A stretch of 64,000 nt of DNA from the human T2T-CHM13v2.0 reference genome, Homo sapiens, in assembly GCF_009914755.1 (NCBI RefSeq), contig NC_060927.1; one strand, given 5' to 3'. Positions 30,448 to 47,083 of this stretch are shown in pieces; the first letter of the stretch is position 1; each line of letters starts with the position of its first letter. A program made the translations under genes and the position numbers. Under the pieces are notes generated by a model, which was not told where the DNA came from, did not search any database, and saw only the letters and a list, made by a program, of their open reading frames with translations.

Positions 30448-30982
30448 ATATACCTAAAGGATTATAAATCATTCTACTATAAAGACACACACACGTATGT
30501 TTATTGCAGCACTATTTACAATAGCAAAGACTTGGAACCAACCCAAATGCCCCTCAGTGATAGACTGGATAAAGAAAATGTGGCATATATATACCTTGGA
30601 AACTGTGCAGCTATAAAAAAGAATGAATTCATGTCCTTTGCAGGGACATGGATAAAGCTGGAAGCCATCATTCTCAGTAAACTAACACAGGAACAGAAAA
30701 CCGAACACCACATGTTCTCACTCATAAGTGGGAGTTGAACAATGAGAAGACATGCATATAGGGAGGGGTACATCACACACTGGGGCCTGTCATGGGGGTG
30801 CGGGTGCAAGGGGACGGATAGCCTTAGAAGAAATACCAAATGCATGTGGGGCTTAAAACCTAGATGATGGCTTCATGGGTGCAGCAAACGACCACAGCAT
30901 GTGTATACCTATGTAACAAACCTGCATATTCTACACATGTATCCCAGAACTTAAAGTAAAATGAAAAAAAAAAAAAAAAAGG
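30448..30982 (+). mobile_element. L1PA 3' end (ORF2 C-terminus, 3' UTR, polyA)
   Basis: KNEFMSFAGTWIKLEAIILSKLTQEQKT ORF2 tail; ACCTATGTAACAAACCTGC; A-tail; TSD-like GAAAGAAAAAAT. Confidence 0.95.
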
Positions 30983-31511
30983 AAAGAAAAAAATCTATTG
31001 GCAAAGTTGACCTTAACAAGGGTAGATGTCCCAAGCTTGCTTCGTTGTAAGAATTACTGGAGACACTTGTTCAACAGCGAGAACTCCCACACATCTTGGA
31101 ATAATTCTAATTTCACTCCATATGTGATCTACACACATCAGCAGCTCTAAGAACTCCCATTTTAAAAAAAACATTTTAAAATGAAAAAAGAGACAAAAGA
31201 AGGAATTCTGCTAAGTTACACTGGGTTCACCACTTAAATAACTGGTGGCAAGTGTCTGAGTGTGAATCCTGAAGTTTGACATCACTCAGTCTTGAAAAAT
31301 TAGTTTACCATAACAAAAGCTTGACACATTATTTTGCTTTGTTCAAGACCAAATTTAAAACGTAAAATTATACATGTATTACGTTGTTTTTAACTAAATG
31401 ACATAGCAGTGGTTGTCTTCTTAAATGGTTAAGTTTTATAATATTTTATATTAATACAATTCGTAAAGATTTAATATATTAACTTAATTGTAATTTCTAG
31501 ATTCGTAACTA

Positions 31512-31832
<321 letters not shown>

Positions 31833-32575
31833 ACTTAAGCCCAATTCAATTAATAAATTACCCTTAAATGCTTGTAATTTCTAAAAGAAAAAATACAAAA
31901 ACTGCTGGCTAAATATAATTTTAACTTACCCTTATTAAAACATCAGTAGACTAATAAAATATAAAAATACCTTTGGGTGCTAATACATAGATGTTTGATT
32001 TTGCGTTTTTAAATTTTTAAAATAATGGGAGATAAATGCTCATTAAAAATTAGAGCATGGTTTTTAACTGTTTCCCCTTTGGGTGTCCCTTATGTCTAGA
32101 GAAAAAAAGAAAAGACTGCTTACTTTAAAGATGCTAATTATTTTGGTATAGTTCATAAAAGTAATCCATTACATCCAGAATATTTACTGCAACAATTCTA
32201 CAATGAATTGATTACATTCTAGGGTCTGCTTGTTGAGCTGACACAGTGAGTTCAGGTCCTAGTACTCTATAGGATTACTTTGAGTTCATCTGCTTATGTT
32301 TCTACCTCCCTCATTACACTATGAGCCTCACAATGGCAGAGAATGAAATTATCTTTGTATTCCCTATTCCAAATTTAGCCCCGATACACAGTAGGCACTC
32401 AGTATTGTATAATGGAAAGAGGCAAAGAGAAGAATGGAATATTCTATGCAGTTTATTTACCTTCTTCCCCTAGGCATGAAGTTTTATTAATAATGAGATA
32501 ATTGACCTAATGATGCAATGCTAGAATTGCTGGACTTACTTATAGGAGGAAACTTGCATGAATATCACGAGAATG

Positions 32576-33006
<431 letters not shown>

Positions 33007-34256
33007 TTAAAAGCATTAATTAGAATGCTAGTACCCCAGAAAAAGCAAGAACATTGTCTATCTTGTTCATCTATATTCCTAGAGTCAGAACATTGACAGG
33101 AACATGTATAAGTTCGGCAAAGATTAGTTGAGAAATGACTTTGTTGCACCAATTCTGATTGCCGATGGAGGCTGGCAGCACTTTACCGAGTACAATATCA
33201 TTTCAGTGATAGATTATCAATGTCTGCCGTGTGTACAGTAGGCAAAGTTAGGGTGCCTGTAACATGTTTGCCATGAATGTTAAACCACTCTTCTTGCCTT
33301 AGCTATCAGTCAACATTTTAAACAGCTGACTGCAAAGAAGACTATGGAACTAGCAGGTAGGGAAGGGTATTGACTGGGAGGGCTAATGGGGCTCTGAGAT
33401 GGAAACGTGAATCTCGGAAAACAGATTCTGCTGATTCCATGTTTGGCTAAGAACATTGACTTTCTTATTTGTTAGTTATTTGTTTTATTTGGGTTTTCCT
33501 GATACTGAAAGATTAAGTTGTGCAACACAGCAGTGTTTTAACATTTCACTAATTGAATGAAGCCTGCAATGTGCAACAAAAAGATTTTTGTGTTTATTTA
33601 TTGAGATTGTGCATGTACTATATTAATTTCACACTCCTTGAACATGCATTCTTCTTCCAATTAGAAAGAAAAAAGCGTGGTGGAGGCTCAGAGTTTATTC
33701 CTTTATGGAATGATTTTAAATAACAAATAAATGAATTAAAAATTTCCTGTCCCCAGAGTCTTACATCTTTCTCTGGTTAGGAAGCAGATGCACTCATAGG
33801 TGTAGCTATTGTTCCAAAGCTAGATTATCTTAAGTTTTTGAGTCTAGGATTGGAATGGGGGTGCTTGCAGGTAATTGACTAAAATAATGAAGATAATTTG
33901 AGATATGGAGGGAGATATTTTGCAGCATAAACGCAAGGGTCTTGTGTCTACCCGCACTCAGAATTGCAATATCAACTATGCCAGTGCTATATAAAATAGG
34001 ATTCATTCATATTTGGACTGATGCATACTTTATTGCATAGCTGGGAGGCAGTTCAATTTTCTATCACTTTGTCACACATGCAGTTTGAAGTATGAGAACT
34101 CACAACTTAGCTCTTTTTGCCTCTCCTCTTCCTGATAAGTGGAGGCAGCCCCTTGACCCTGTGGAAGAATTATTTGTTTATTCAGTTAACAAATATCTAG
34201 CCATGGGCCAACATTCAAGCTTACATCCAACTAAGGCCATTTGTTCATAGGGCATC

Positions 34257-34707
34257 TGTCTTAATTTGGATCTCCTCTACCATGGACCCTGAGAGAAGGA
34301 CTTGGGTGCAGGTAGCTTCTGCAGGGAGAAAATCCCTGGAAGCACAAATAAGAAAGTTAAAAAAGTGAGGCAGAAAAAGGGAAAAAATTGATAAAGTATG
34401 CGTAATAGAGCAGGTTAGTGCTGTAAGCAACTATGTCTCAATCTTCCTGGGAACCTCTGAGAAACTACTGGAAACATATACAAAATATCCCCATCAGAGG
34501 GAAGGCTGGGATATTTATGAGTATACACCCACATAGCTCAGTTGTGCCTGCAAACTTCCCATGGTGCAAGAGAGAGGGCTCAGGTAGAGAAAACAAGAGA
34601 CACTAATTCCTATGTTGGGATGTTTTCAGTGTGCCAGGGACTGTCCGCCATAACTGTACGTCAATGCAGGCGAGCCAAGCAGATACGGGGCAGTGTATCT
34701 GCAACAT
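34257..34707 (-). mobile_element. Old ERVL LTR (LTR16/LTR33-like)
   Basis: GACCCTGAGAGAAGGACTTGGGTGCAGGTAG signature. Confidence 0.55.
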
Positions 34708-35139
34708 CTACTAAAAAATCCTACTTTCTCTACCTCGAGGCAGGGTCCATTTTGGAACCAACAAACTTCATACTGAGGTAGATCCAGGGCTGCCACATAT
34801 GGCTATTTAGGATTAGCCAGTTGTGCACCATTTAAGCCCAAAGACTGCCAAGTACATAGACTGTATTGTAATTATTACTGCCTGGAGCTGGGCAATGAAA
34901 AATCTGTAGCACATTCACAGGGATGTCTGTATAATTGGCATCCCTTGGAGCCATGTAATGCACAATCTGCAAGGCTGTACATACTGTTTCTTTTATAAGA
35001 AAATCCTCTTTTGAAGGGTAGGTATTATTTTTTGGGAGAGTAAGTAAATTATTATAAAGCATTAGACAGAGGACATTTCAGAATAAAGAAGATTTCAGTT
35101 AACATATTTGCATCGCTCAGCAAGCAGTACTTACAGGTT

Positions 35140-35476
35140 CTTTTTTTTTTTTTTTTAGACAGAGTCTTGCTGTATTGCATAGGCTGGGGTGTAGTGGCAT
35201 GCACTCCAGTAGTCATTGTAACCTCCACCTCTTGGCCTCAAGCAATCCTCCCATCCTTCCACTTCAGCCTCTCAAGTAGCTGGGACTGCAGGCATGCACT
35301 ACCACCCCTGGCTAATTTTTCTTTCTTTCTTTTTTTTTTTTTTTTTTTTTAACACGGAGTTTTGCCATGTTGCCTGGCGGGGGAGGTGCTGGTCTTGAAC
35401 TCCTGGGCTCAAGTCATCTGTCTGCCTTGGCCTCCCACAGTGCTGGCATTACAGGTGTGAGTCACCTCACCTGGCC
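35140..35476 (-). mobile_element. AluJ
   Basis: Alu motifs, expanded middle T tract. Confidence 0.9.
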
Positions 35477-36957
35477 TAGTTACAGGTTCTATGTGGCGAT
35501 CAGACTCAAAAGACTCGGTAGGCTTTAAAACCTAATACGATATTTTCTTAGCTTTTTAGATGGATACAGGACCACATGTATGGTATCTGTGCCTTGTTAG
35601 GAGACCCAAATGCTACCCAAGTACCCGCCTCACCTACGTAAGTCATGTCTAGCTGCCTCAAACAAGGTATGGTGTGTCACTTTAACACAGAGAAGCTACA
35701 GCCTCAGTTATCCCCCCCATCCTTTAGACCATACTAGTCCAGTTCATGGGTCTTCCACTCTTGGTGCAGTTCCAACAATTAGGGGTTTCACGGCAAACAA
35801 GCCAGGTATAACCATCCACATATATCTTAATCTCCATTTGATCATTGTATTATATATTAAGATAATCTTAATTTCCAATGAGACAGTATTATGGGAAGAC
35901 AGACTCCAAACTTGTTTTAAAGGCAAGTCTTTGTTCAGCCCAGGCCTGATTGATTTTACTCACAACATTGTATATAAATTTGGATGAAAAAGAATACAAT
36001 GCTTATGAAACAATGGACCTCATCTCTAAATTCCTGCCCAAAGTAACTGACAAATGCTATAAATTTTAATGTAAACAAATGCATAGTTAAAACTAAATTA
36101 TTTTCTCATTACAAAGTAGTCTTAATTGTAGAATACTTGAGAGACAAGATAGGCACACAGTATATATTTTAGAAATGTATTTCTCAACTTTAAATCTTTC
36201 TTGTAACGCTTGTGCCAATTTTCTTGCCCATCTAATCTTTCTTTTACAGGAAATTGCAGAAATTAAGAAATAGAAGTGGAAAAGAAAGGTGGTATAATAG
36301 ACAATGTACTATTGCTATTACCCAATTGTTGAGACAGTTTATCAGCAAGATAGAGGTAGCATTCTTGTGGGTTAAATATCCATTATACACTAGAACAAAG
36401 TAAACTGTGAGCACTTATGCAAGCACAGTGTTCTCTAAATACTAACTGATGGCAACTTATATATTGCATGGAAAAAGACTTTATATAGTTAAATTGCTAC
36501 AGAAAAATGACTCCATTTCCAAGCGATTAGTCAATGGTATTCTCACGTTTTGGAAACTTTTATTTTTAATCATTCTCTCTTAAGCTTTACTAAAATAAAA
36601 ATCTAGATTTTTTTTAAATCTTCCTATTTTACTTCTGCAAGCACCATAGAGTTTCATTGTTCATCATAATGACTTTTAAAAAGAGAGATGATTTTCTGCT
36701 CTTGTGAAATGGCCAATTTATTGCCAACTGGATCACAACAGAACTGATTTATCATTGCTCTAGTTGGAATCAGTTATGTCTCTGAGAGAACCTTTTTTTT
36801 TAAAGGAAATCATGGCAGGCCAATGTCAGTGAACTCGGGAAAAGGCCCTGATCAGGGAAATTAGGAAAGAGATTGCCACATGGATTTCACATGCCGTCTT
36901 GCCAGAAAAACATTCAAGTTGACATTCTTTGTGTTTTGTCTGTCAAAAATATAGGAG

Positions 36958-37049
36958 CAGGACAACCCACTTTTCCGGGACCCTCCCTGTAGCAGAGAGC
37001 TATTCTGCTTCTTTCGCCTATTTAATTTCTGCTCTAAACCTCAAAAAAA
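36958..37049 (+). mobile_element. Short ERV1 LTR 3' (R-region) fragment ending in a short A tract
   Basis: GCAGAGAGCTATTCTGCTTCTTTCGCCTATTTAATTTCTGCTCTAAACCTCAAAAAAAG. Confidence 0.55.
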
Positions 37050-37593
37050 GTATATAGATATATATATAATATATATACACACACACCTTTATATGGGTAT
37101 ATATATATATATATATACACATTTATATGGGTATATATATATACACATTTATATGGGTATATATATATACACATTTATATGGGTATATATATATACACAT
37201 TTATATGGGTATATATATATACACATTTATATGGGTATATATATATACACATTTATATGGGTATATATATATACACATTTATATGGGTGTATATATATAT
37301 TTATATGGGTGTATATATATATATGGGTATATATATACACACCTTTACATGGGTATATATATATATACCTTTATATGGGTGTACATATATATATATACCT
37401 TTATATGGGTGTGTGTATATATATATATATATATACACACACCTTTATATGGGTATATATATATAAATGTGTATATATACATACACATATATATACATTT
37501 ATATATATATACCCATATAAAGGTGTGTATATATATATATATATTTATGTACCCATATAAAGGTATATATATATACACACCCATATAAAGGTG

Positions 37594-37636
<43 letters not shown>

Positions 37637-38449
37637 CCATATAAAGGTATATATATATATATATATATATACACAAAAAGGTATATATACCTTTTATATA
37701 TATATATACCTATACTTTTATAGGTATATAAAGATATATATATATAACTTCTATATTTTGACAGACAAAACACAAAGAATATATAATGATATACCCATAT
37801 AAAGGTGTATATATATGTGTGTATATATGTATGTATATATAATATATAGCTATATGTATGTATATATACATATATATCTATATGTATGTATATATACATA
37901 TGTATATATATCTGTATGTATATATATACATATGTACATGTATCTATATGTATGTATATGTGTATATGTATATATATCTATATATAGTCACATAAAGATA
38001 TATATATAAAGGTGTATATATATATAAAGGTGTATATATATACTTTTATATGGGTATATAGTTATATATTCTTTGTGTTTTGTCTATCAAAATATAGAAG
38101 GTATATATATATACCTTTTATATACGTATAAAAGTATAGGCATATATATATAAAAGGTATATATATACACACCTATATATCTATTTTATATATATATATA
38201 CCTTTTATAGATATATATAAATATATATATTTTATAGGTATATATAGGTATATATAAATATATAGATATATATATTTTATAGGTATATATTGGTATGGAT
38301 ATATATATACAACTTTTATAGGTATATCTATAAAGGTATATATATATATACACACCTATATAAAGGTGTATCTATACACACACACACACCTTATATATAG
38401 AGAGAGGTGTGTATACACACACATATATATATACTCCTCTCTCTCTCTC

Positions 38450-38510
<61 letters not shown>
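37050..38510. repeat. Complex AT-rich micro/minisatellite with internal inversions and long pure (TA)n
   Basis: CACATTTATATGGG(TA)n units, then ACCCATATAAAGG units; pure TA runs near 37598-37632 and 38456-38510. Confidence 0.95.
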
Positions 38511-38513
<3 letters not shown>

Positions 38514-38913
38514 GTAGTTTCCTGGGGGAAAGAGTACCCTGAAGATGTCTATAGCAATACCAATCCCCTAGCATAGGCTTTTAGGAGTTTCGGATGCCTA
38601 TTGGACCTTCCTGATGCACATCAGCTTTGTTATGGAGCTAAAGATGCAACTATGTATGGCCTCCTTCACTTCCTCCTTCCTCCCTCCTTCTCCCTTTTCT
38701 ATTCCAGCAAGTGAGCCTATATGATGTATCTGGGACTGAGTATTCGGTGGCAAACTTGATAGACATTGTCTCTGTCTTCACACATTTTTATAATCTAGTG
38801 GTGGAGACAGATATTAATAACATCAGCCCACAAATCTAGAATTATAGATTGCAATAAGTTCTGGGGAAAAAATATGATGCTATGGGACAAAAGCTGGAGT
38901 GGGGTGATGTGAA

Positions 38914-38997
38914 GGAAAAGACAATCTCCCTTAGGAAGCCACATTAAGTTGAACTGGAAAAGACAGTCTCCCTTAGGAAACCACATTAAGTTGAACT
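38914..38997 (+). repeat. 42-bp tandem duplication
   Basis: GGAAAAGACARTCTCCCTTAGGAARCCACATTAAGTTGAACT x2. Confidence 0.95.
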
Positions 38998-39082
38998 GTC
39001 AGTGAAGGATAATGAGAAATGTGGGAGTGGGGGTTGGCATATGCAAATGTCCTGAGGCTGAAGGTATGGACAACTGTGACTC

Positions 39083-39376
39083 TTTTTTTTTTCTTGAGAT
39101 GGGGGTCTCACTCTGTCACTAGGCTGGAGTGCAGTGGTGTGATCTTTGCTCACTGCAGCCTTGACCTCCAGCTCAAGCAATCCTCCTACCTCTGTCTCTC
39201 GAGTAGTTGGGGCTATAGAAGCAGGCCAACATGCGAGGCTAATTTTTGTATTTATTTGTAAAGATGGGCTTTTGCCATGTTTCCCAGGCTGGTCTTGAAC
39301 TCTGGGGCTCAAGCAACCCTCCCACCTCAGCCTCCCAAAATGCTGGGATTACAAGCGCAAGCTACTGCGCCCGGCC
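39083..39376 (-). mobile_element. AluJ (within a decayed L2-like region)
   Basis: Alu motifs. Confidence 0.9.
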
Positions 39377-40364
39377 TCGACTCATCTGAGTTAGCAAAAA
39401 GCTGAGTATCGCCAAAGGTTTGTCAGCAAGGAGACGTGACTGGCGAGCTATGAAGGTGAGGCAACAGTCAGGGGCCAGATCACTCAGGCTAAAAGCAAAC
39501 ATATGTCTACTGAGAAATAAAACATGTGAATAGCACAGAACTAAAAATTAATAGAGGCTGTGGCACTGCACCTGCATGGCACATTACTGGACAGCTGGTA
39601 ACATGACCATGTCCTCTTGTAATTATTTGGGGAATGGTGGCTATTTTGCTATATCAGCACCATTGGATCTGAGAAATGACAAAACAAATGTATTCACTCA
39701 TCTTTTACAAGAGATCCTTGAACTCTAAGAGGGGATTCACCTGGGGACAGTTCAAGAATATTGATGTTCGACCTGTAGCATTAAGCGGACTGTGTTCATT
39801 TAGGACACACAGTGGTAGCTCAGAAGAATAGAGGGGTTGTGCCCTTTGGAGTGGAGGCCTGCTGTTTGTTTGACAGAAGGTAATAAACAAAAAGACCACA
39901 GTGCCCTGAAGCTCTTTGGAAGGTTTGCAATGAGAAAGGTAAAAAATGGCAAACAGCCTGAAAGTGGCACGTAATCGTGAGGGAGCCGGTGAATGGAAAT
40001 TCAAATCCCTATTATTCTTTTAAACTTTTCCGTACTGGGAAATTACCTGGGGTCTTGCGGCTCTTAATATAGCTTGCACTTATTGCTGCCTCCCCCGGTC
40101 TTTCCATCCAGAAACTCTTACTTAACAAAACAAAATGGCATTGAAGGGGGAGGAGAGAGCTTTGATTATTGGTTGATTAAGGAATGTTGCTGTGATGTGA
40201 CCAGTTGAGAGAAAAAATTAAAAATAGAAAAAAAGTAAGAACATTGCATATGTCAGCTTTTCTGTGAGACTGAGAAATTTCACAAATGTTTCACAAGCAT
40301 TTCATTTTTGAAATCAAATATTTTAAATGCATTCCATCTCTTCTGAAGAAAAAGTATGTCTTTT

Positions 40365-41475
40365 ATTGTTGTAAAATATAACATAAAAATGACCATTTTA
40401 ACCATTTTTAAGCGTACAGTTCAGTAGCATTAAGTACATTTGCTGCTCAATGTACATGAGCAACCATCACTACTATAGATCTCAAGAATTTTTTCATCTT
40501 CCCCAACTGATACTCTGTAACAATCTCCCCTTATCTGCAGTTTCACTTTCTGTGATTTCAGTTACCGAGTGAACCGAACCGCAGTCCAAAAATGTTAGGG
40601 TATTTTTAGAGAGTGAGTGAGTGAGAGGCTACATTCACATAACTTTTGTTACAGTATATTGTTATGATTGTTCTACTTATTGTTATTATTTTTTGGAGAC
40701 TGGGTGTCCTGTTGTCCAGGCTGGAGTGCACTGGTGCAATCATAGTTAACTGCAGCCTGAAACTCCTGGGCTCAAGTGATCCTCCCACCTCAGCCTCCTG
40801 AGGAGCTGGGACTACAGGTGCACACCACCATGCCTGGCTAATAAATTTTTTTTTTTTTCATAGAGACAAGGCCTTGCTTTATTGCCCAAGCTGGCCTCAG
40901 ACTCCTGGCTTGAAGTAGTCCTCCCATCTCGGCCTCCCAAAGTGCCAGGATTACAAATGCAAGCCAATGTGCCAATTCATATTTTATTATTCATTATTGT
41001 TGTGCCTAATTTATAAATTAAGCTTCATAATCAGTATATATGTATAGGAAAAAAACCTAGTATACATAGGGTTCAGTACTTTCTGAGGTTTCAGGCATCA
41101 CCCACTGGGAATCTTGAAATGTATCCCCCATGGATAAGGGGGATATACTGTATCCATTGAACAATTCAATGAACAATTCAATACTGTATCCATTGAATTC
41201 TCCATTTCCCCCTCCCCTAAGCTCCTGGCAACCACCATGCTACTTTTATCTCTATAAATTTGACTACTTTGGACATCTCACCTAAATGGAATCATATAAT
41301 ATTGGTCTTTTTGTGACTGGCTTATTTTGCTTAGCATAATGTCTTCAAGTTTCATCCACATTGTAGCATGTGCCAGGATCTTCTTCCTTTTTAAGGGTAA
41401 ACAATACTCCACCATATGTATAAATGTACATTCCATATTTTGTGTACCCATTCATTTGCCGATTGACATTCGGTT
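40365..41475 (-). mobile_element. L1MB-like 3' end containing a MER44/Tigger7-type DNA transposon (about 40521-41150), itself containing an AluJ (about 40683-40975)
   Basis: L1 3' motifs; terminal inverted CCCCTTATC / GATAAGGGG; nested Alu. Confidence 0.8.
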
Positions 41476-41637
41476 GTAGAAAAAGTATCTGTTAAACATG
41501 GAGCAGAGGGACACAATCTTTTCCTTTTCTTAAATCATCTTACTTTTATTTTTTCCTTTTACTGTCCTTTCCTTCTTTCCTTCTATCCTTTCCTTTCCTC
41601 TATCCTCCCTGGATAAAAGGAGGATAAAACGTGACTA

Positions 41638-42510
<873 letters not shown>

Positions 42511-42606
42511 TCATTAAAAATGATCATCTGTCTCAAAAAAAAGTAATTATTCATTAAAAATGATCAGTAATGCAAAAATCCCCAGAAATGTCAGAGTTTA
42601 CGGTTT

Positions 42607-42995
42607 GATATGGTCTGGATGTTTGTCCCTTCCCAATCTCATGTTGAAATGTGATTCCCAGTGTTGGAGGTTGAGCCTGGTGGGAGGTGTTTGGGTCATG
42701 GGGGTGGATCCCTCTTGAATGGCTTGGCCCCATCTCCACAGTAATGAGTTCACATGAGAGCTGGTTGTTAAAAAGAGCCTGGCAGCTATCTTTCTACCTC
42801 TCTCACCATGTGACATGCCTACCCCCACCCCACCTTCTGCCATGAATAAAAGCTTCCTGAGGTCTCACTAGAAGCCAAGCAGATGCTGGTGCCATACTTG
42901 TACAGCCTGCAGAACCGTGAGCCAAATAAACCTCTTTTCTTTATATGTTACACAACCTAAAGTATTCCTTTATAACGATGCAAAACTGACTCACA
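42607..42995 (+). mobile_element. MST solo LTR
   Basis: TGATATGGTCTGGATGTTTGTCCC...GAGCCAAATAAACCTCTTTTC. Confidence 0.85.
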
Positions 42996-43409
42996 TTAAG
43001 ATTTTATTACATATGGCCACATTGCTCACCAGAAAAGTTGCTCCAACTCTCCCTCTAGAAAAAAATCCTTGCCTATTTAAAATGTTAAAAAATATGCTTT
43101 GTTGGTGTTTTAATTTTCATTTCGATGTTACTAATGAATTGAAAAATATTTTTTAACATGTTCATTATCTATTTGTATTTCTACTTTTGTGATCTTTACT
43201 CATTTTTTTCTATTGGTATTAGTGTTTTTCTGTTGAGTTATGGGAACTATTTACACTTAAAAATTTGATGTGATTATATACATTGCACATATTTTCCCTG
43301 TCAAATTTATTTTAATTTTAATTTTTAATAACAAAGCTATTAACTGAAATTTTTTTTTTGAGACATAGAAGATGTTTCTTTATCTCAAGAATAGAAAAAT
43401 GTTTACCTT

Positions 43410-44040
<631 letters not shown>

Positions 44041-44386
44041 GTACTATTTTAATAGTTTAATTATATCAATGAAAAAATATGTAACCGTTTTAGGAGGCAA
44101 AGCGTAAGATGGAGATCAAACATTATTTTCTTCTAAATGGTTAGCTGATAGTCCCAAAAGCATTTATTGAAAGAGTCATCTTTTTCTCTCTCACTAATTT
44201 TAAATGCAAACATAAAGCCATATGACTGGTACTCTGTTGATTCTATCACTTAAAGGAAAACTGACTTTTCAAACAGGCCTTTAAAATTTTTTCATTTGAC
44301 TTTCTTTCCATTTTATATATTTACTACCCTTTGCAGATGGATTGAAATAGTTCCAGGAATATTTTTATTGAAAATGATTCTAACTG

Positions 44387-44768
44387 TTGTCTTAATCCAT
44401 TTGTGCTGCTATAACAACATACCACTGACTAGTTAATTTGTAAAGAACAGAAATGTATTGCTCAAAATTCTGGAGGCTGGGAAGTCCAAGGTCAAGGTAT
44501 TGGCAGATTCGGTGTCTGGGGAGGGCCCAGTTCCTGCTTCCAAGATGGTACTTTTGAACAGTATCCTTACGTGCTCAGGTGGCAAAAGGTGGAAGGGAAA
44601 AAAGGCTGACTGAATACTTTGTGAAGCTTCTTTTACGAAGACTTTAGTCATATTCACAAGGGAGGAGCCATCATGACCTAATTGCCTCCTAAAAGCCCCA
44701 CCTCTTATCACACTGGCGATTAAGTTTCTACACATGAATTTTGGGGGACACATTCAGATCTTAACAAA
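44387..44768 (-). mobile_element. MaLR LTR (MSTD/MLT1A-like)
   Basis: TGTCTTAATCCATTTGTGCTGCTATAAC...ATGAATTTTGGGGGACACATTCAG. Confidence 0.8.
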
Positions 44769-44807
44769 TACTATCGTATTTTTCAATAAAAATCAGTAAC
44801 ATGGAAT

Positions 44808-45120
44808 GGGGCGCAGTGGCTCCCACTTATAATTCTAGGCTGAGGTGGGTGGATCGCTTGAGCTCAGGAGTTCAAGACAAGCTTGGGCAACATGGTGAAA
44901 CCCCATCTCTACTAAAAATACAAAAATTAGCTAGGTGTTGTGGCATGCCTCTGTAGTCCCACCTACTTGAGGAGCTGAGGCAGGAAGATTGCTTGAACCC
45001 GGAGGTTGAGGCTGCAGTGAGTCGAGATGGCACCACTGCATTCCAGCCTGGGCAACAGGACAAGAACCTGTCTTAAAACAAACAAACAAATAAACAAAAA
45101 ACAACAACAACAAACAAAAC
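44808..45120 (+). mobile_element. AluJ
   Basis: Alu motifs, AAAC tail. Confidence 0.9.
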
Positions 45121-46079
45121 AGTAACGGGGCTTGGAACTTAAGCCTAGTCCTGGTTGAAGATTATGTCCTTGTTTTTTGTTTTTGTTTTTTTTTTTGTGC
45201 TAGGCTTAAATTATTTTTTGAGCTATGTCTTTGGTTTCTTGCTAATTTTTATAAATACTATTAAGATTTTAGAGCTTGTTTAAAAGAAAACTTGGCTTAC
45301 AGTGATAGATTTAAGTGAGAAAGACAGGATTATTATAATATCACGTGTAATGCAAATCAGTGCTTACCACATTGCCTGTATCTTTTAAAATGAAAGATTT
45401 GAGAACATATGCTGCCTGCAATGTGGTGATAATGATGATGCATTGAAATACTCCATTTAAAAAGCATGCACAAGTAGTAATGAGTCTTTCTGCTAGCATT
45501 TCATGAAAAGGAAGCCCTAGGTCATGTTTGTAATATCTGTATTTCCTAAAAGGATTCCAGTGGTATCATGAAATACCTGGTAAAGCCTTTACCTTGCATA
45601 AAAGGAGAGACTATGTATTTCTTCTTGATTCTGAAAGATACCTGATAAATTACATTTCCCTCCAAGTTACCAGAAAATGACATCAACACAATTTTTTCTT
45701 GCAAAGTTAAAGACAACCATTGCATTGAAGAGGAAAGGAATTTTTTTCTTAATTTTACTTCAAAGGATGTATTAAATCAAAATTAAAGGTATAAGTCTAG
45801 GTTAAATTTTCTCTTAGGGAAGGAATTACATCAAAAACTTCCAGTAACATTAGTAGCTAGAAATAAGATTTATTTTCACTTAGGAGGCTATAGTAGTATG
45901 TATCACAAAGTACTTATGCACCTTGATAACTTATCAGTCTCTCATTCATAATATTCAGAATCTCTAACTTAAATAGGAAAATACGGAATAAACCGAATAT
46001 TTCTATATGACAAGCACTGGACTAAAACTTTCTGTGCATATATTATTTATTCCTCATCATCCTGCGAGATAGTAATATT

Positions 46080-47083
<1,004 letters not shown>

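Noticed and set aside
30361-30845. 125-aa and 109-aa ORFs
   Set aside because: L1 ORF2 C-terminal remnant and its antisense
37093-38355. YI-rich ORFs
   Set aside because: Translation of TA microsatellite
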